DNA of 64,000 nucleotides from Saccostrea cucullata (lineage: Eukaryota), in NCBI RefSeq assembly GCF_032062105.1, contig NW_026929567.1:186001-250000 (forward strand). Reading direction: 5' to 3'. Position 1 is the first letter of the stretch, and the number at the start of each line of letters is the position of its first letter. Positions 39,613 through 52,400 of the stretch are shown here, piece after piece. Below the pieces are notes generated by a model. The model made no database searches. It worked only from the letters and a program-made list of their open reading frames with translations, and was not told the origin of the DNA. A program made the translations under genes and the position numbers.

Positions 39613-41559
39613 CAAATCTGCTTCTTCTCTCTATGGCGCAGTGTTAGTAGTACATTGTCTTTTGTTTCAAAGATGGTACAAATTTATTGAAAGTAATAAA
39701 ATAAATTAAACATCTGTTCAAAAAAATTACGCTTACATCACCATTACCATTACAAGAATTTAAAAATGTTGAATAAGGATCACTTTGCAAATGCAATTAC
39801 TTAAATTACAAATTACAATTAGCAAATAAAATAGCGATGACCGTTCATTTGTATTCATACAGATTTACAATGTTTATATATTAATGAAAGTTTCAACACT
39901 GTGTCTGATAACCTACTTTTATCCGGTTTAAAGATTTTTTTTCTGCCATGATGAAGATATTTTACATAGGGTATATGTGACATATATACGTAATGTATGA
40001 CTTGTATCAAGTGTACCGCTTTGGTTATAACTGTATTTTCTTAAGTAACAATTTAAAGCTCTCTGATACATTGATGCAAATTAATAGTTTAATTTAAGAT
40101 ATTAATCAATAAACAATTGAATCCAATATATTAATTTCATTTACATATTATGGACAGGAATATTTTAATTCAAACTTTCAAGAAAATACATAAGAGGAAA
40201 CAGTAATTGACTGAAAATAGGAAAAGGGGATTGTAATTGATTCACATGTATTTTAAAAGTGACTGTCAATGGGCGCCTTTTTCCAAAGAGATTTATTATT
40301 ACAATCACATCCAATTGAAAAAAATTGGCCAATTACACTTACTTTTAATTACATCTTAATGTGTAATAAATTCCTGGTAATTTCCATTATACATTACCAT
40401 TACCCCATCGCCAGTAATGCAAATTATCAACTATCATTGATGCTCTGGCATACTCTACCAACTAGACAGTGGTACCTTATATCTACGTACCCTATTACTA
40501 ATAAGAATTAATTTGAAATTCATGTATCATTCAGTTGACTTAATGATAACTGAAAGATCACAGAAAGGTCTCGGGAAAAGATCATTTCAGTTCCTTTCCA
40601 GCTTTCATTCTACAAGCATTCAGTTACCATTGCATCTATTGATTGGTGTTATTTCATCCTGTGTCTTTTTGTTTAAAGTACAATCAGTGTATTTGGACTT
40701 TTAATTTAATCTTTGATTTTAGACTAATTTGCTGGAAAATATTTTTGTCAGCTTGATTGATAATATTTTTTCCATTATCAGAAAAATCTTTTAAAAAAAA
40801 AACACTTACTTGACTTCTGTGATTTTTTAATAAATGGTTCTTTTGTTTGCTTTTCTGTAATGAAAATAAATGCAAAATCGACAAAGATATATCAAAACAG
40901 TTTTATTTTATAGTATATTCAAATTATATTTCAGAATTCTGTTTTTTTTTTTTTTTATTTCTTTTTATTGCTTGACCTTAATTAAAGGAACTTGAATAGG
41001 TAATATCAATATCATTTTCTCTATCATTGTGTTTGATATACACAATAATTTTTTTCATAAAGAACGTACCATGGGTTTCTAAATTTCTCTCTTTCTCATC
41101 TCCTACAAAACAGTTTTTTTACACCAATTCAATAGTTTTCCTCTTTATAATTTTTCCTTCTAAACTTTTGCTTCATTTGTGTCGAATTATTAACATACAA
41201 TAATATTTTATCATTTTAAACTCCAATCATTTTAAGGAGCCTAGGCAACTGCTGTTTCAATGTGTAATTACAAATACCGTGAGAAAAGATTCCCATTTTA
41301 TCTTATATTTTTATCTTATTTTTCTCTGTCTAGTAATTACAACTATTAATTGAGGACTTGACATAATATTACAGAAATCTTGTATTGAATGTATTTGCTT
41401 TTACTCTCCTCATCCGAATAAGATATAATTAAAAATTACATTTAAGTTGAGTATTTTTTTTTTCTAATTTCTCATCTTAAAAACCAGAAGTCTCTGTCGA
41501 GACTGAAGCTCTACTGGTTTGTATTTATAGCAAAGGTAGAGAAAAGTTCTTAAGCAGTT

Positions 41560-42387
41560 GGGAATTGAAACATTACAACAGCAAAAAAATAGTCATCCTT
41601 GATTAAGTCTTTTTATGTTCTAAGTGTAGTCTACTTGCATGCTACATTATATTATAATCAGACTTAAACTGTATTTGGAGTAGCATTTTGAGAGTAGTTA
41701 ACAGAAATTTATATTTTTAGTAACCAAAACAAAAATGTTCATTAAAATCAAAAATCGATAAACAGAATTACGTATCTAAGTGTAGTCTACACGTGTGCCA
41801 AGTTATATTGAAATCAGACCAAAACTGTAGGAGGAGTTTTATTTTGAAAGAATTTCACAGAAATTTATATTTTTAGTAACAACGGCAACATCGCTCATTG
41901 AGATCAAAAACCGATATCTTAGTGTAGTCTACTTGTATGCAAAGTTATATTGAAATCAGACCAAAACTGTACGAGGAATTGCATTCTGAAAGAATTTTAC
42001 AGAAATTCCTATTTTTAGTAACCAAGGCAACACCATTCACTGAAATCAAAAATTGATAAAGAGAATTATGTATCTCAGTGTAGTCTACTTGTGTGTCAAG
42101 TTATATTGAAATCAGACCAAAACTGTAGGAGGACTAGCATTTTGAAAGAATATCACAGAAATTTCTATTTTTAGTAACCACGGCAACACCATTCATCGAA
42201 ATCGAAAACCGATACACAGAATTATGTATCTTAGTGTAGTCTACTTGTATGCAAAGTTATACTGAAATCCGACCAAAACTGAAGGAGGAGAAGCATTTTG
42301 AAAAATTGTTTACAGACAGACAGACGTACGAACGACGGATGCATTACTATCGCATAAGCTCTTCTGGTCTCTTACCAGTAGAGCTAA
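41560..42387 (+). mobile_element. Helentron-like element with tandem array of about 140-150 bp
   Basis: Five AGTGTAGTCTAC...GAAATCAGACCAAAACTGTA units, ACAG microsatellite, terminal palindrome AGCTT.CTGGT...ACCAGTAGAGCT. Confidence 0.75.
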
Positions 42388-43131
42388 TAATTAATTCCTC
42401 GGAAAACATAAGAAAATTAAATAATATTTATTCTGTTGCATCGATTGGATAAACATGTTATTCGATTAAGTTTAAATGGCCTAATAAGAAAATCAACAAA
42501 GGATTAAAAATACTATTATGAGATTAAGAAAAAAAGGCACACGTAAGGCATAAATGCAAATAGATATTGGAAAAAAAGCATACCTTCTTTACAACATCGT
42601 TTTCTTCGATAACAAAACAAAATAGTTATGCCGGTGACAGTCATGAAGACAGCGATCGGTATAGATACAGTCAGAACAAATGAAATTCTATTTGAAAAAG
42701 CAAAGAGAACTTTAAAAAATACATATACATGTACAATGTATATAAATTAATATATTGTGTAAATTACTTTTTTTAGTTTCAGGAAAAGAAAATATTCCAT
42801 ATCTTTTGTTTAATTATTAGCACGATTTCATAAGCTTCTTTAATTTCCACTCTAAACATTCTTATTGCTCAAGATTATTCTGACTGCTTCCTGGCTTCTT
42901 TTATGTGAAAACCCCTCGCTCATCAGAGAAGTACTGCCCACAAGTGTTTTTCAACTATACATACATACATGTAGGATTTTATAATGATTTATGTTACAGC
43001 ATGTCATAACTCAGTAAGCGCAACAGTGTCAACCGAAATATAATTTCTACACTTTTTATCTTGAACAGGTCTGATTCATACAAAATTGAGACATATCATG
43101 AATATAAACAATTTGCAAGACATTTTCAAAT

Positions 43132-43345
43132 CATGTTTACGCTTACATTGTACCAGGGTAATTCATAAAATACGTAGATAATGTTCATTACCATCAAATA
43201 ATGTTTACAATTACATTGTACCAGGGTAATTAAAAAAAATACGTAGATAATGTTCATTACTATCAAATAATGTTTGCGCCTACATTGTATCAGGGTTATT
43301 CAAATAATACGTAGATAATGTTCATTACAATCAGAAAATTTTTAC
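43132..43345. repeat. Tandem repeat of about 68 bp, 3 copies
   Basis: TACATTGTACCAGGGTAATT...TACGTAGATAATGTTCATTAC x3. Confidence 0.85.
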
Positions 43346-43528
43346 AAAATTTGAGATTAATACATCTTTATATGCTAAAACATTAATTTTATCGATATGT
43401 GAAGTTCTATTCCATTTCATTAAATGGAACTCATATTAGCCAGTTTTAAAAGCATCATGTTTTATCGCCACGGAGCACGGTTATTAAAACATTGCTGTGA
43501 TGTCATTTCTTTGTTCTTGTAGTCTAAA

Positions 43529-44465
43529 ATTTACCTATGACAGTCCGATATTAGTGAGCAGCCTGATATTAATCGTAATATCAGACTGTCTCAGTACTGA
43601 TATCCTTCAAAATCGGATTGCTACTGAACAAAAGAAATAAAAAGTTTGATATTTAACACACAGCAATTTAAATTTCTCACATAGAATGATGATTTAAAAA
43701 AAATATTTGCAAAATAAAAAAACTTTCAATTACACTGAATATACTGTAACAGGAAGAAGAATGTGCGGTAGACCAGTTAATGCAAATAATTAAAAAATAA
43801 ACCAAAAAAAAACAAACATAAACCGGTTAACTTTTAATAAACTTTTTAAAATTTGATAAATGTTTCAACCCCTTTCTCTGGTTTTTGAATAGGAGTGGGC
43901 GCACTGGAAGTCACAAGAGAAGCACAGAAACTTTCAAATCTTGAGACACTATTATAAAGAAAAACATTCAAACAATTTGATTTCATTTTTCTCATAGAAA
44001 GAAAAATGCCTCTGCAAAAAAGGTAACGGGGCCTAGAATATAATAATTAATACCTAATTTGACAGATTTAATGTGCAACAAATTTTGAAAGAAACTTGAG
44101 ATTTTCAACGTGTCCCTCAAAACTCTTGGATTATTGATTTTGTTTTTCTGTAACGGAACATCAAAATCAAGGGTACATGTATACGTAGATGCTTAACATG
44201 AAAACAAATGGAATAATGTACCTTCAGCATCCGCTTAATTTTCTGTGATATAATTCTTCATTTCTGCATTTTCCATTCCATTTCAAAATTAATGAATATT
44301 TTGTCCCTACTTTCCTTATCAAATTTTTTCAAATACTTTCTTCAGTGAAGCTAAATCCCTTAATACTGAGTACTTTTAATTTAAGCCTACATTCTTGAAA
44401 GAATTGGTTCAGTGGTCATTAACACCTTTGTCTTTTGTTCTAATATCGGACTGTCTCAGGTAAAT
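43529..44465. mobile_element. Non-autonomous TIR element
   Basis: ATTTACCTATGACAGTCCGATATTAG / CTAATATCGGACTGTCTCAGGTAAAT inverted termini. Confidence 0.65.
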
Positions 44466-44701
44466 CAAAAGCAATGTTTTAAGTTCGATACAATTCTGTA
44501 TTAAAAAATATCAGACAGTTTTCGGCCCTAACGGACCTCAAACTGTCTGATATTTTTCAATACAGAACTATATTCGGCATATATCCAATACATAGCAATT
44601 ATAACATCAAAAACAATACAATATATCAAGTTTTTCAAACTTACGCCGTGTTTTCATTTTACACGGTTTGTAGCGTCTCCCCATTTATTAAATCTTATCC
44701 A

Positions 44702-44946
44702 AATCCTTACGTCGCGGGTTCGAATCCCACTGCGGGATGTGGAGACAGGTTCTTCAGATGAGACCATATAAACCGAGGCCCCGAGTCGCAGTAGGTGCTG
44801 GCACGAAAAAGATCCCTCACTGCTCAAAGGCCCTAAGTGCCGAGCATAGGACAAAATTTGTAGCCCTCCACCGGCAAGTGGTGGCGTCTCCATATGAGTG
44901 AAAAATTCTCGAGAGGGACGTTAAACAATAAAAAATCAATCAATCA
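44702..44946 (+). mobile_element. 5'-truncated SINE (same family)
   Basis: B-box GGTTCGAATCC and 13-bp TSD TAAATCTTATCCA (44689-44701 and 44947-44959). Confidence 0.9.
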
Positions 44947-47362
44947 TAAATCTTATCCATTACAATTGCCTCCTTGTTCGTTGTCAATGATTTTAGCACC
45001 TTAAGTTAGATTGTTATTTCAGTACCTTAAGTTAGATTGTCATTGTTTTCCACTTTTTTGCCTGTGTCTCTGCTATCACAAGTTCCGTGCGCAGAAGTAA
45101 AGCTTTCATGACGTTAACATTTTTTTGACAAGATTTTGAACTATAACTTTGCAGACTGTCCGTCGCCCAAATCAAAGTGTCAAAAATATATTGATGTTCA
45201 GGAGTACTTATTAAGAAACTGAAAATTTTTTACAATTTATGTTTGATGGAATTACGGACCAGAACAATGGAAACAGCTGCTAGCAAAACGCACCTGGTAA
45301 TCTCGGGTGATTTTCTGCTGTTGTTACAGAATGTATCCATTTTAAAATTACTTTTTATATTTTCAAAAAGGATCAGAGATTTTCATTCTCCTTTTTTGTT
45401 ATTTATTTTGTTGTAAAATGATCTCTCTATACTATCAAAGATTCGCAATTGAAATTAAGTGTAAAAAAATTAATTGATTGCATAAAAAAAATTTCTTTAG
45501 GGAAAGATCATTTGAATCTGATGGGGCTGGCAGATTTTGGAAATAAATAAACTGTCATCGAAAATGTTGTAAATAAATAAAAAAAAAATTAAGTAATCTG
45601 TCTTTGATGTTTTTGGAGTTAGATAATCTGTCCTTTACCGATATGGAAATAATAATATGACTAGGTAAGATTTCCCAGCCCTCTTCCCAGACTTAAATAG
45701 ACGCCCCTTACTATTATCACAATAATCTTGTTTTCAACAAGTGAAACATTTCATCAGTTTTCCTAAAAAAAAGTTCATTATGAGCATGAGCATTATAATT
45801 CTCATTTAAATGCACAAAAAATATTCGAAAGAAAGTTCTATCTCCATTTTCAATGTAATTTTTTTTTCATATTTCTACTCAAATTTATTAAATATTTAGT
45901 TGATTTGGCCGTAGATAAGCATGTTTACATTTGGAACTCTATAGTGAATGCACTTAGTGAGGGTTATCGTTATTTTTTTATTAATAGATGTTCAATAGAA
46001 TAAATGGTCTCTCTGTCTTACTGAAATAATTAAAAAGGGGCATACCGCCTTAGTGCTTGTCAAACCATCGGACGATGTTGCCTACAATGAGGGCAATTTA
46101 CACACACATGTAAATAACTTGTACAAGTAATTATAATAATATAAACAGTTTTCTTTTTAAAAAATGACCAGTGCTTACAAACGCCTATTTACTGAGTTGA
46201 AAGAAGACACCATCTTTCATAAAAACAAATTCCTTACATTTTGATTTATTTTTAAGAAAATATTTTTAAGGAATTCAATCGAATCGGAAATTTGTTAAAA
46301 TGTAATCTACAGTAAAAATTCTTAGACGTACGTTACTATACATGAGAAAAAAGGGGGTAAAACATGAGAGAATAATATAGCAAAAGGGAATACATATTTA
46401 GGGTATCCGATCCTCAGACAGGAAGGATTATTCCAAAAATTGACATTTAATTTGAAATGCATCACATTTTTTTATGCAACAATTTTCATTTAAGTTATCT
46501 TCATAAGATTCAAGGTCTTTAGAAGTCTAAGAAAATGTCTTATACAAGTTGACATTTGTGCCCTATGAAAAGAGGAAAAATTAATACAGTTTTAGAGAAA
46601 AAAGATTTGCTTGAATCCAGACTTAGATACATGTACCAATGCTAATTAGAATGATACAAAATGAGAAGTGATTTAAGGTGTCTTGCAATGATAGCAAAAG
46701 CCGTTCACACAATGTATTATAGAATATATGACAGAAATAGAAGACATAAAGTATCAAATAAGTATAAAAATCATGACAATTTCTCTGAATACCTGGATAC
46801 CTATGGTTTTTTAGCCTGATTTATATTTGTTGATCAAATTGCAATTAGAAAATGCTTTGCTAAAATTCCAGTTTACTTTTTCTGCAAAAATAATGGAGAA
46901 TTGACAATTTTCCCGATATACATGTAATATGATTAACTTAGATCTTTAGCTTTAAAGAAATAGTGGATAAAATTACATAACTTTGAGGATTTAGAGATAC
47001 TTTTTTGAGCATGTTTGATTACTTAACTTTTAATTTTATAAATCTGAGGATCGGGCTACCTTAAAATATTTTCAATCAATTTTAACATAGATTGTCTTTT
47101 TATCCAGGAAGAACTGAAAATGATTCTAAAATGGGAAAAATAAATGCATCCAAATAAAAATTTTAATTAATATATCTTGATCTAATTAAAATGAGAAGTG
47201 CACTTGTATCAATTACAAATCATCGTTAATGGGACATACACTCTATTGCAATTTTTTTTATTTATGTCTAATGATATAAGTGTGCATGCATGAAAGTCAT
47301 GAACCCCTAAAATTAGTTTGCATTGTACATAGTTTTAACGAGTAAAAAAAATGTATACTTAC

Positions 47363-47447
47363 TGACTTTCATTCACCGGTAGTTGTGAATTGTTGGAACC
47401 AATTATATCAAAATATTTCAAATAAACTAAATCAGGACAAGGTGCAT
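47363..47447 (-). CDS. Exon completing the Cys-rich ectodomain-like module plus stalk (YAPCPDLVYLKYFDIIGSNNSQLPVNES)
   Basis: catttacag|AT acceptor and CA|gtaagt donor, 85 bp, phase 1 to 2. In frame with exon 56954 across the gypsy-containing intron. Two N-x-S sequons. Confidence 0.65.
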
Positions 47448-48357
47448 CTGTAAATGATCAAATCAAAATTATTTCTTAGAAAATTTCATGATAAGAAATT
47501 AGTATAAACATGTTTAGTACATTGATGAGATATCCAAAGAAGATATTGCAAAAATATCAAACTCGTTTATCGGCGTAATATCTGTATCGTATATCATTTA
47601 TCAATATACCGTTGAAAAAATACTCATATTCGAATATATTATAAATTCAAACATGAATACATGTTTTAGACGAGTTACCTTCCTTGCTTTAATGAGTTTA
47701 TTTGTATTTTAAAAAACAATTCTATATTAAATCAACAGATTATTAAATTTCAATGCACACGAATTGTCACACTCTTCAAACCTGCTAACAATGACTGCTG
47801 CCCGTTGCCCGTGGATTTGCGAACCCGCACTATTATCTAAGTTTAATTGCATCTGCTATGAAGAGTGCCGTATTGTTCATATAATGACCACCACAAAATC
47901 AAAATTTTCATATTGCAGCTTTTAAATACTTACAGTAACGTGAACTAAATGAATTCTTTTTCAAAGAAATTCTTAATTTGATATAATTTTACGTTTTATT
48001 TGCTTTCTTTATTTTTACATAGCGCAAATGATTTGGCAATCTTCAACAATACTTGTCAATTGTTATTTATGGTTTATATATTCAAGACACTTTTGATTGA
48101 ACTGCAAAAGATCCCTTAATCGTTCTGTCCTGTCTGTTTTAAATTTGAAACAATTAGTATTTTTAACAATGCCAGATATGGATATAACGAACAGTACTCT
48201 ATCTCAAAGTCCATAAAGCATTACAAAATAGGAGGCAGAGCAAATACATACATCAGAGGTGGGATCAGGTGCCATGGGGGAGTAAGCATCCCCTGTTGAC
48301 CGGTTAGCTAACACTTCTGCGTGAAATATTAAAGTAAATTTTCAATTTTAATCATAC

Positions 48358-49351
48358 TGTGAGGGTGTGGGTTATACACCCTGATGAACTTACAAAAATC
48401 AAAAGATGAACTTTAAAATTTTAACAAAATTTAATAAAAAAATTAAAGAACAAAGTAAACAGAAATTTTAACAAACAATTTAACAAAAAAAAATGTACAA
48501 AAATGAAATAAATTGAAAATGTATTTGTTAATTGGTCCTGGTCCTCAGTCAGTCAGTGCGCATGTCCCTTGGTATGAATAGGTCCCGTTTGTCCTGGTCC
48601 TTCCGTAAGTGCGGAAATCCTTTAAGAATAGATTTTTACAGTTTCCTTTTTGTATGGCTGCACGGAACAATGTTAATTAATAACGGGCTGCGTGGCACAC
48701 TGGGTTCCTCTCGGGTTCCAGATCTAGACACAATGGTCCGACGCCAGGCTCAACACTTTGAAATGTCTTTCAATGAAACTAAATATTCAGAATTATTTCC
48801 AAATTCGCAATAGTTATAATTCTCAAACTTTCACAATGTTTCGTTCATATAAAGACTTTAAATCAGATAATGAAATGTTCAACGAGGGTCACCGCCCGAT
48901 GATAGTAACTCACAGAACTGGTTTAGAGATGTGTCGTACGGGCCGCCATAGTTCACTCACACGCTACGGTCTCTGTCACACACCATAACATGGAAATGGC
49001 TACTCTCAAATAATGAATTTCAGTACCCGACAGTTTACATACTCTGTAACACTCTGTAGAGAGACTTTAGGAATGAAAATAAGGCATAAGACCCATGTGG
49101 TTTTCTATGGACAGGCCCCCTGGTAGCACTAGACGAACACGTCTATCGGCTGATGTTTTTCCCGGGTACTACCCAGAGCATGCTTTAACATTACTATTTA
49201 AAGTAAAACGAGGGGCTCCCCACAGGGCTGCTATGTTACTATGGGAACTAAAGGAATTTAGGGGCTCCCCACAGGGTTATTACACAAGTTACCGGAAGGG
49301 TGAACCCAGGGGATTTATTTACAATGTAATGAAAAATTTCAGTTTGTTACA
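48358..49351 (-). repeat. 3' LTR of gypsy element
   Basis: Direct repeat of 54525-55512 with about 7 differing sites including a 6-bp indel. Adjacent to the PPT. Confidence 0.95.
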
Positions 49352-49366
49352 TACCTCCCCCTTATA
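49352..49366 (-). promoter_or_regulatory. Polypurine tract of gypsy element
   Basis: Minus strand TATAAGGGGGAGGTA immediately before the TG of the 3' LTR. Confidence 0.85.
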
Positions 49367-49488
49367 AGACTAAAGACCATTTAGTCCGACCAAACCTACA
49401 AACTAAAAATTAAAATAAACAAACTCAGACTATTTACAACAAAGCATTATATATACAATATACCTGCAACAAAAGTAATCTCAGATAA

Positions 49489-52400
49489 TTACTCAACCAC
49501 ATCATCTGAACATAACCTTGATAGTGAGTCTGCTACTGTATTCTGTGTACCACGAATATACCTAATCGAGAACACAAACTCTTGCAAAAGAAGACTCCAA
49601 CGTAACAAACGTTGATTTGATAACTTTGACCTTTGTAACCATTGCAAAGGTGCATGATCAGTCTCAATTTTGAATGGTTTACCTTCTAAATAGACTCTGA
49701 GACTCTGGACCGCCCATACAATAGCAAAGCACTCTTTTTCTACTACAGCATAATTTCTCTCCGCAGGACTGAAGTTTTTGCTAAGAAAACAAATTGGATG
49801 CTTACCGCCTTCAAACTCTTGCTCTAGCACCGCGCCTGATCCGTATGCACTTGCATCTGTGCGCAAAATGAATGATCTACTGAAATCTGGACTTCGAAGA
49901 ACTGGTTCTGAAAGTAATTTACCTTTTAGTTCTTGGAAAGAGTGATCAGTTCGCTTGTCCATTTGATTTTGCTAGGCGTTTTCTTGCTCGTCAGGTCTGT
50001 AAGCGGAAGTGCTAAAGTGGCAAAATTAGGAATGAACTTCCGGTAAAACCCAATCATACCTAAAAATGACTTTACCTTTTTCTTGGTTGTTGGAATGGGA
50101 AAGTTCTGAATGGATTCTACTTTTGACATCGTTGGCTTGATTTTTCCACTTCCTACAGTGTGACCAAGAAAACAAAGTTCATTGAAACCAAACTCACATT
50201 TTGTAGGTCGAGCTGCTAAGTTCGCTTTCCTCAACGCTGAAAACACTGTTCTCAGATGCTCAAGGTGTTCGGCCCAGCTGTTGCTATAGATACCAATATC
50301 ATCAATGAAAGCCTCTGTGAAATTTTCCAGCCCTGTAAGAACTTTACTTACCAATCTAACGAAAGTGGCCGGTGCATTCACCATCCCGAACGGCATGACT
50401 GTAAAACTGAAATGTCCAAATGGAGTTACAAATGCACTTTTCCGTTTTGCATCCTCGTCTAATGGCACTTGCCAATAACCTTTTGTCAAGTCCAATTTGC
50501 TTATGAATTTTGCTTTACTGATCTTAATCAAAATGTCATCTATTCGAGGCATTGGTCTTGGGTCAAATACAGTTACCTTATTCAACTCCCGGAAGTCGAC
50601 GCAAAATCTCAATGATTTGTCACTCTTCTTAATGAGGACGACTGGTGCTGAATATGGACTGTCTGTTTCCTCAATGATACCAAGATCCATCATTTGCTGT
50701 AACTCCCGCTTCACTTGGTCTTGTAAGGCATATGGAATTGGGTATGGTTTCATATGGATGGGCACATCTGTAGACGTTTTCACTGAGTGTTTCGTCAAAG
50801 GCGTTTTCTTGGAAACATCTGTAAAAATATCACCAAATTCTTCCACTAACCTCTGAATCTGATCCCTTTGCTCTGAGGTGAGGTCGTTTGAATATAGTAC
50901 GTCGGCTGACGATTCTGTCTGTCGAAGGGCTGGGACTTTATCCGACACCACACCGTCTTCTATCTGAACATCATTGCTAGATAAACTGGAAATAACATTC
51001 AAGCATGCCATTATTTCAGACTTACTGTTTTCCTCCGACTCTCTTTCAAACCATTCCTTCAGCATATTGACGTGATAAACAGTTTCTTTGTTTTTGGACA
51101 GCCTGACTCTGAAATCAACTGGACTTACCTTTTCTGTCACCTCATATGGACCCTTCCACTGCGCCAATAATTTCGAAGTACTGGTTGGCAATAACACTAA
51201 AACTTTCTGACCTACTTCAAAATTCCTGCTCCTGGCGTTTTTGTCATAATATCTCTTCTGTTTCTTCTTTGCATGGGATTCCACTTCTGTTACCAACTTA
51301 CGTACCGTCTCCATTCGTTCCCGTGTCTCCATGAGATAACTAAGGACTGATGCTTGTTCCTCGGTTGGTTCTTCCCATTGTTCCTTTAAGATGTCTAGTG
51401 GACCCCTGAAATGTCTGGCATAAAGAAGTTCGAAGGGAGTAAAACCTGTCGTTTCATTTGGGACATCTCTGTAGGCAAAGAGTACATATGGTAAATGAAC
51501 ATCCCATTTTAATGGCTCTACAACTGCATATGCTTTCAACATTTGCTTAAGAGTCCCATTAAATCGTTCTACTAGCCCGTTAGCTTGAGGATGATAAGGG
51601 GTAGTTGACAGTTTACGCACTTTTAGCATTTTGCACAGGTTTGATATGAGTGATGACATGAAATTTGTTCCCTGGTCTGTTAAAATTTCTTTAGGAAAGC
51701 CTACTCTTGAGAACATTTCCATAAGCGCATTTGCCACACTTTCTGCGTCTTGAGTTTTCATCGGAAATGCTTCCGGAAATCTAGTGGCATAGTCCATACA
51801 TACCAAAATATATCTGTTTTTCTTTTCTGTCATTGGTAATGGACCCACAAAGTCGATGGCGACTCTGGAAAATGGAACGTCTATCTTTGGAATTGGCACC
51901 AGTTTTGCTTTTGGTGTTCTCCCTTTCTGCATCCCCTTCTGACAAATAGAGCATGACTTACAATAACGTGATATGTCCACATACATACCCGGCCAAAAGA
52001 AGTTTTGCAGGATTCGTTCTCTGGTTTTCTTGTTTCCAAGATGCCCAGCCAATGGTGTGTCATGAGCCAATGACATAATACCATTGCACAGTTTCTTTGG
52101 AGCTACAATCTGGAAGACCTTTCCATCAGAATTCTTCTCAAAGACTCTATACAATAAATCATTTTTCAAGATGAAATATGACTTACCCTCATATGGTCCA
52201 TTTTGTGCCATATCTAGAATTGACTTCAAGCTCTCATCAGTTTTCTGATGCTCAATCAATTCCTCCCTGTTACACCACATACCTTCATTCTCGGTGTTCG
52301 ATGCTTTTAAATCATCCAGTTTTGGTTTTTCTGCCCTCTCTTGTTTCCTTAGCTCTGAACTAGTTTGGACCGCTCCGCATGCGTCATCTTCGACTGTGTC

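Noticed and set aside
44221-44440. Purine-rich minus-strand stretch ending at a GT donor, as a Roco linker exon
   Set aside because: Contains stops in all frames and lies inside the 43529-44465 TIR element.
48532-49367. Duplicated + strand ORFs (also 54699-55537)
   Set aside because: They lie wholly within the LTRs and have no recognisable domain. The duplication is explained by the LTR pair.
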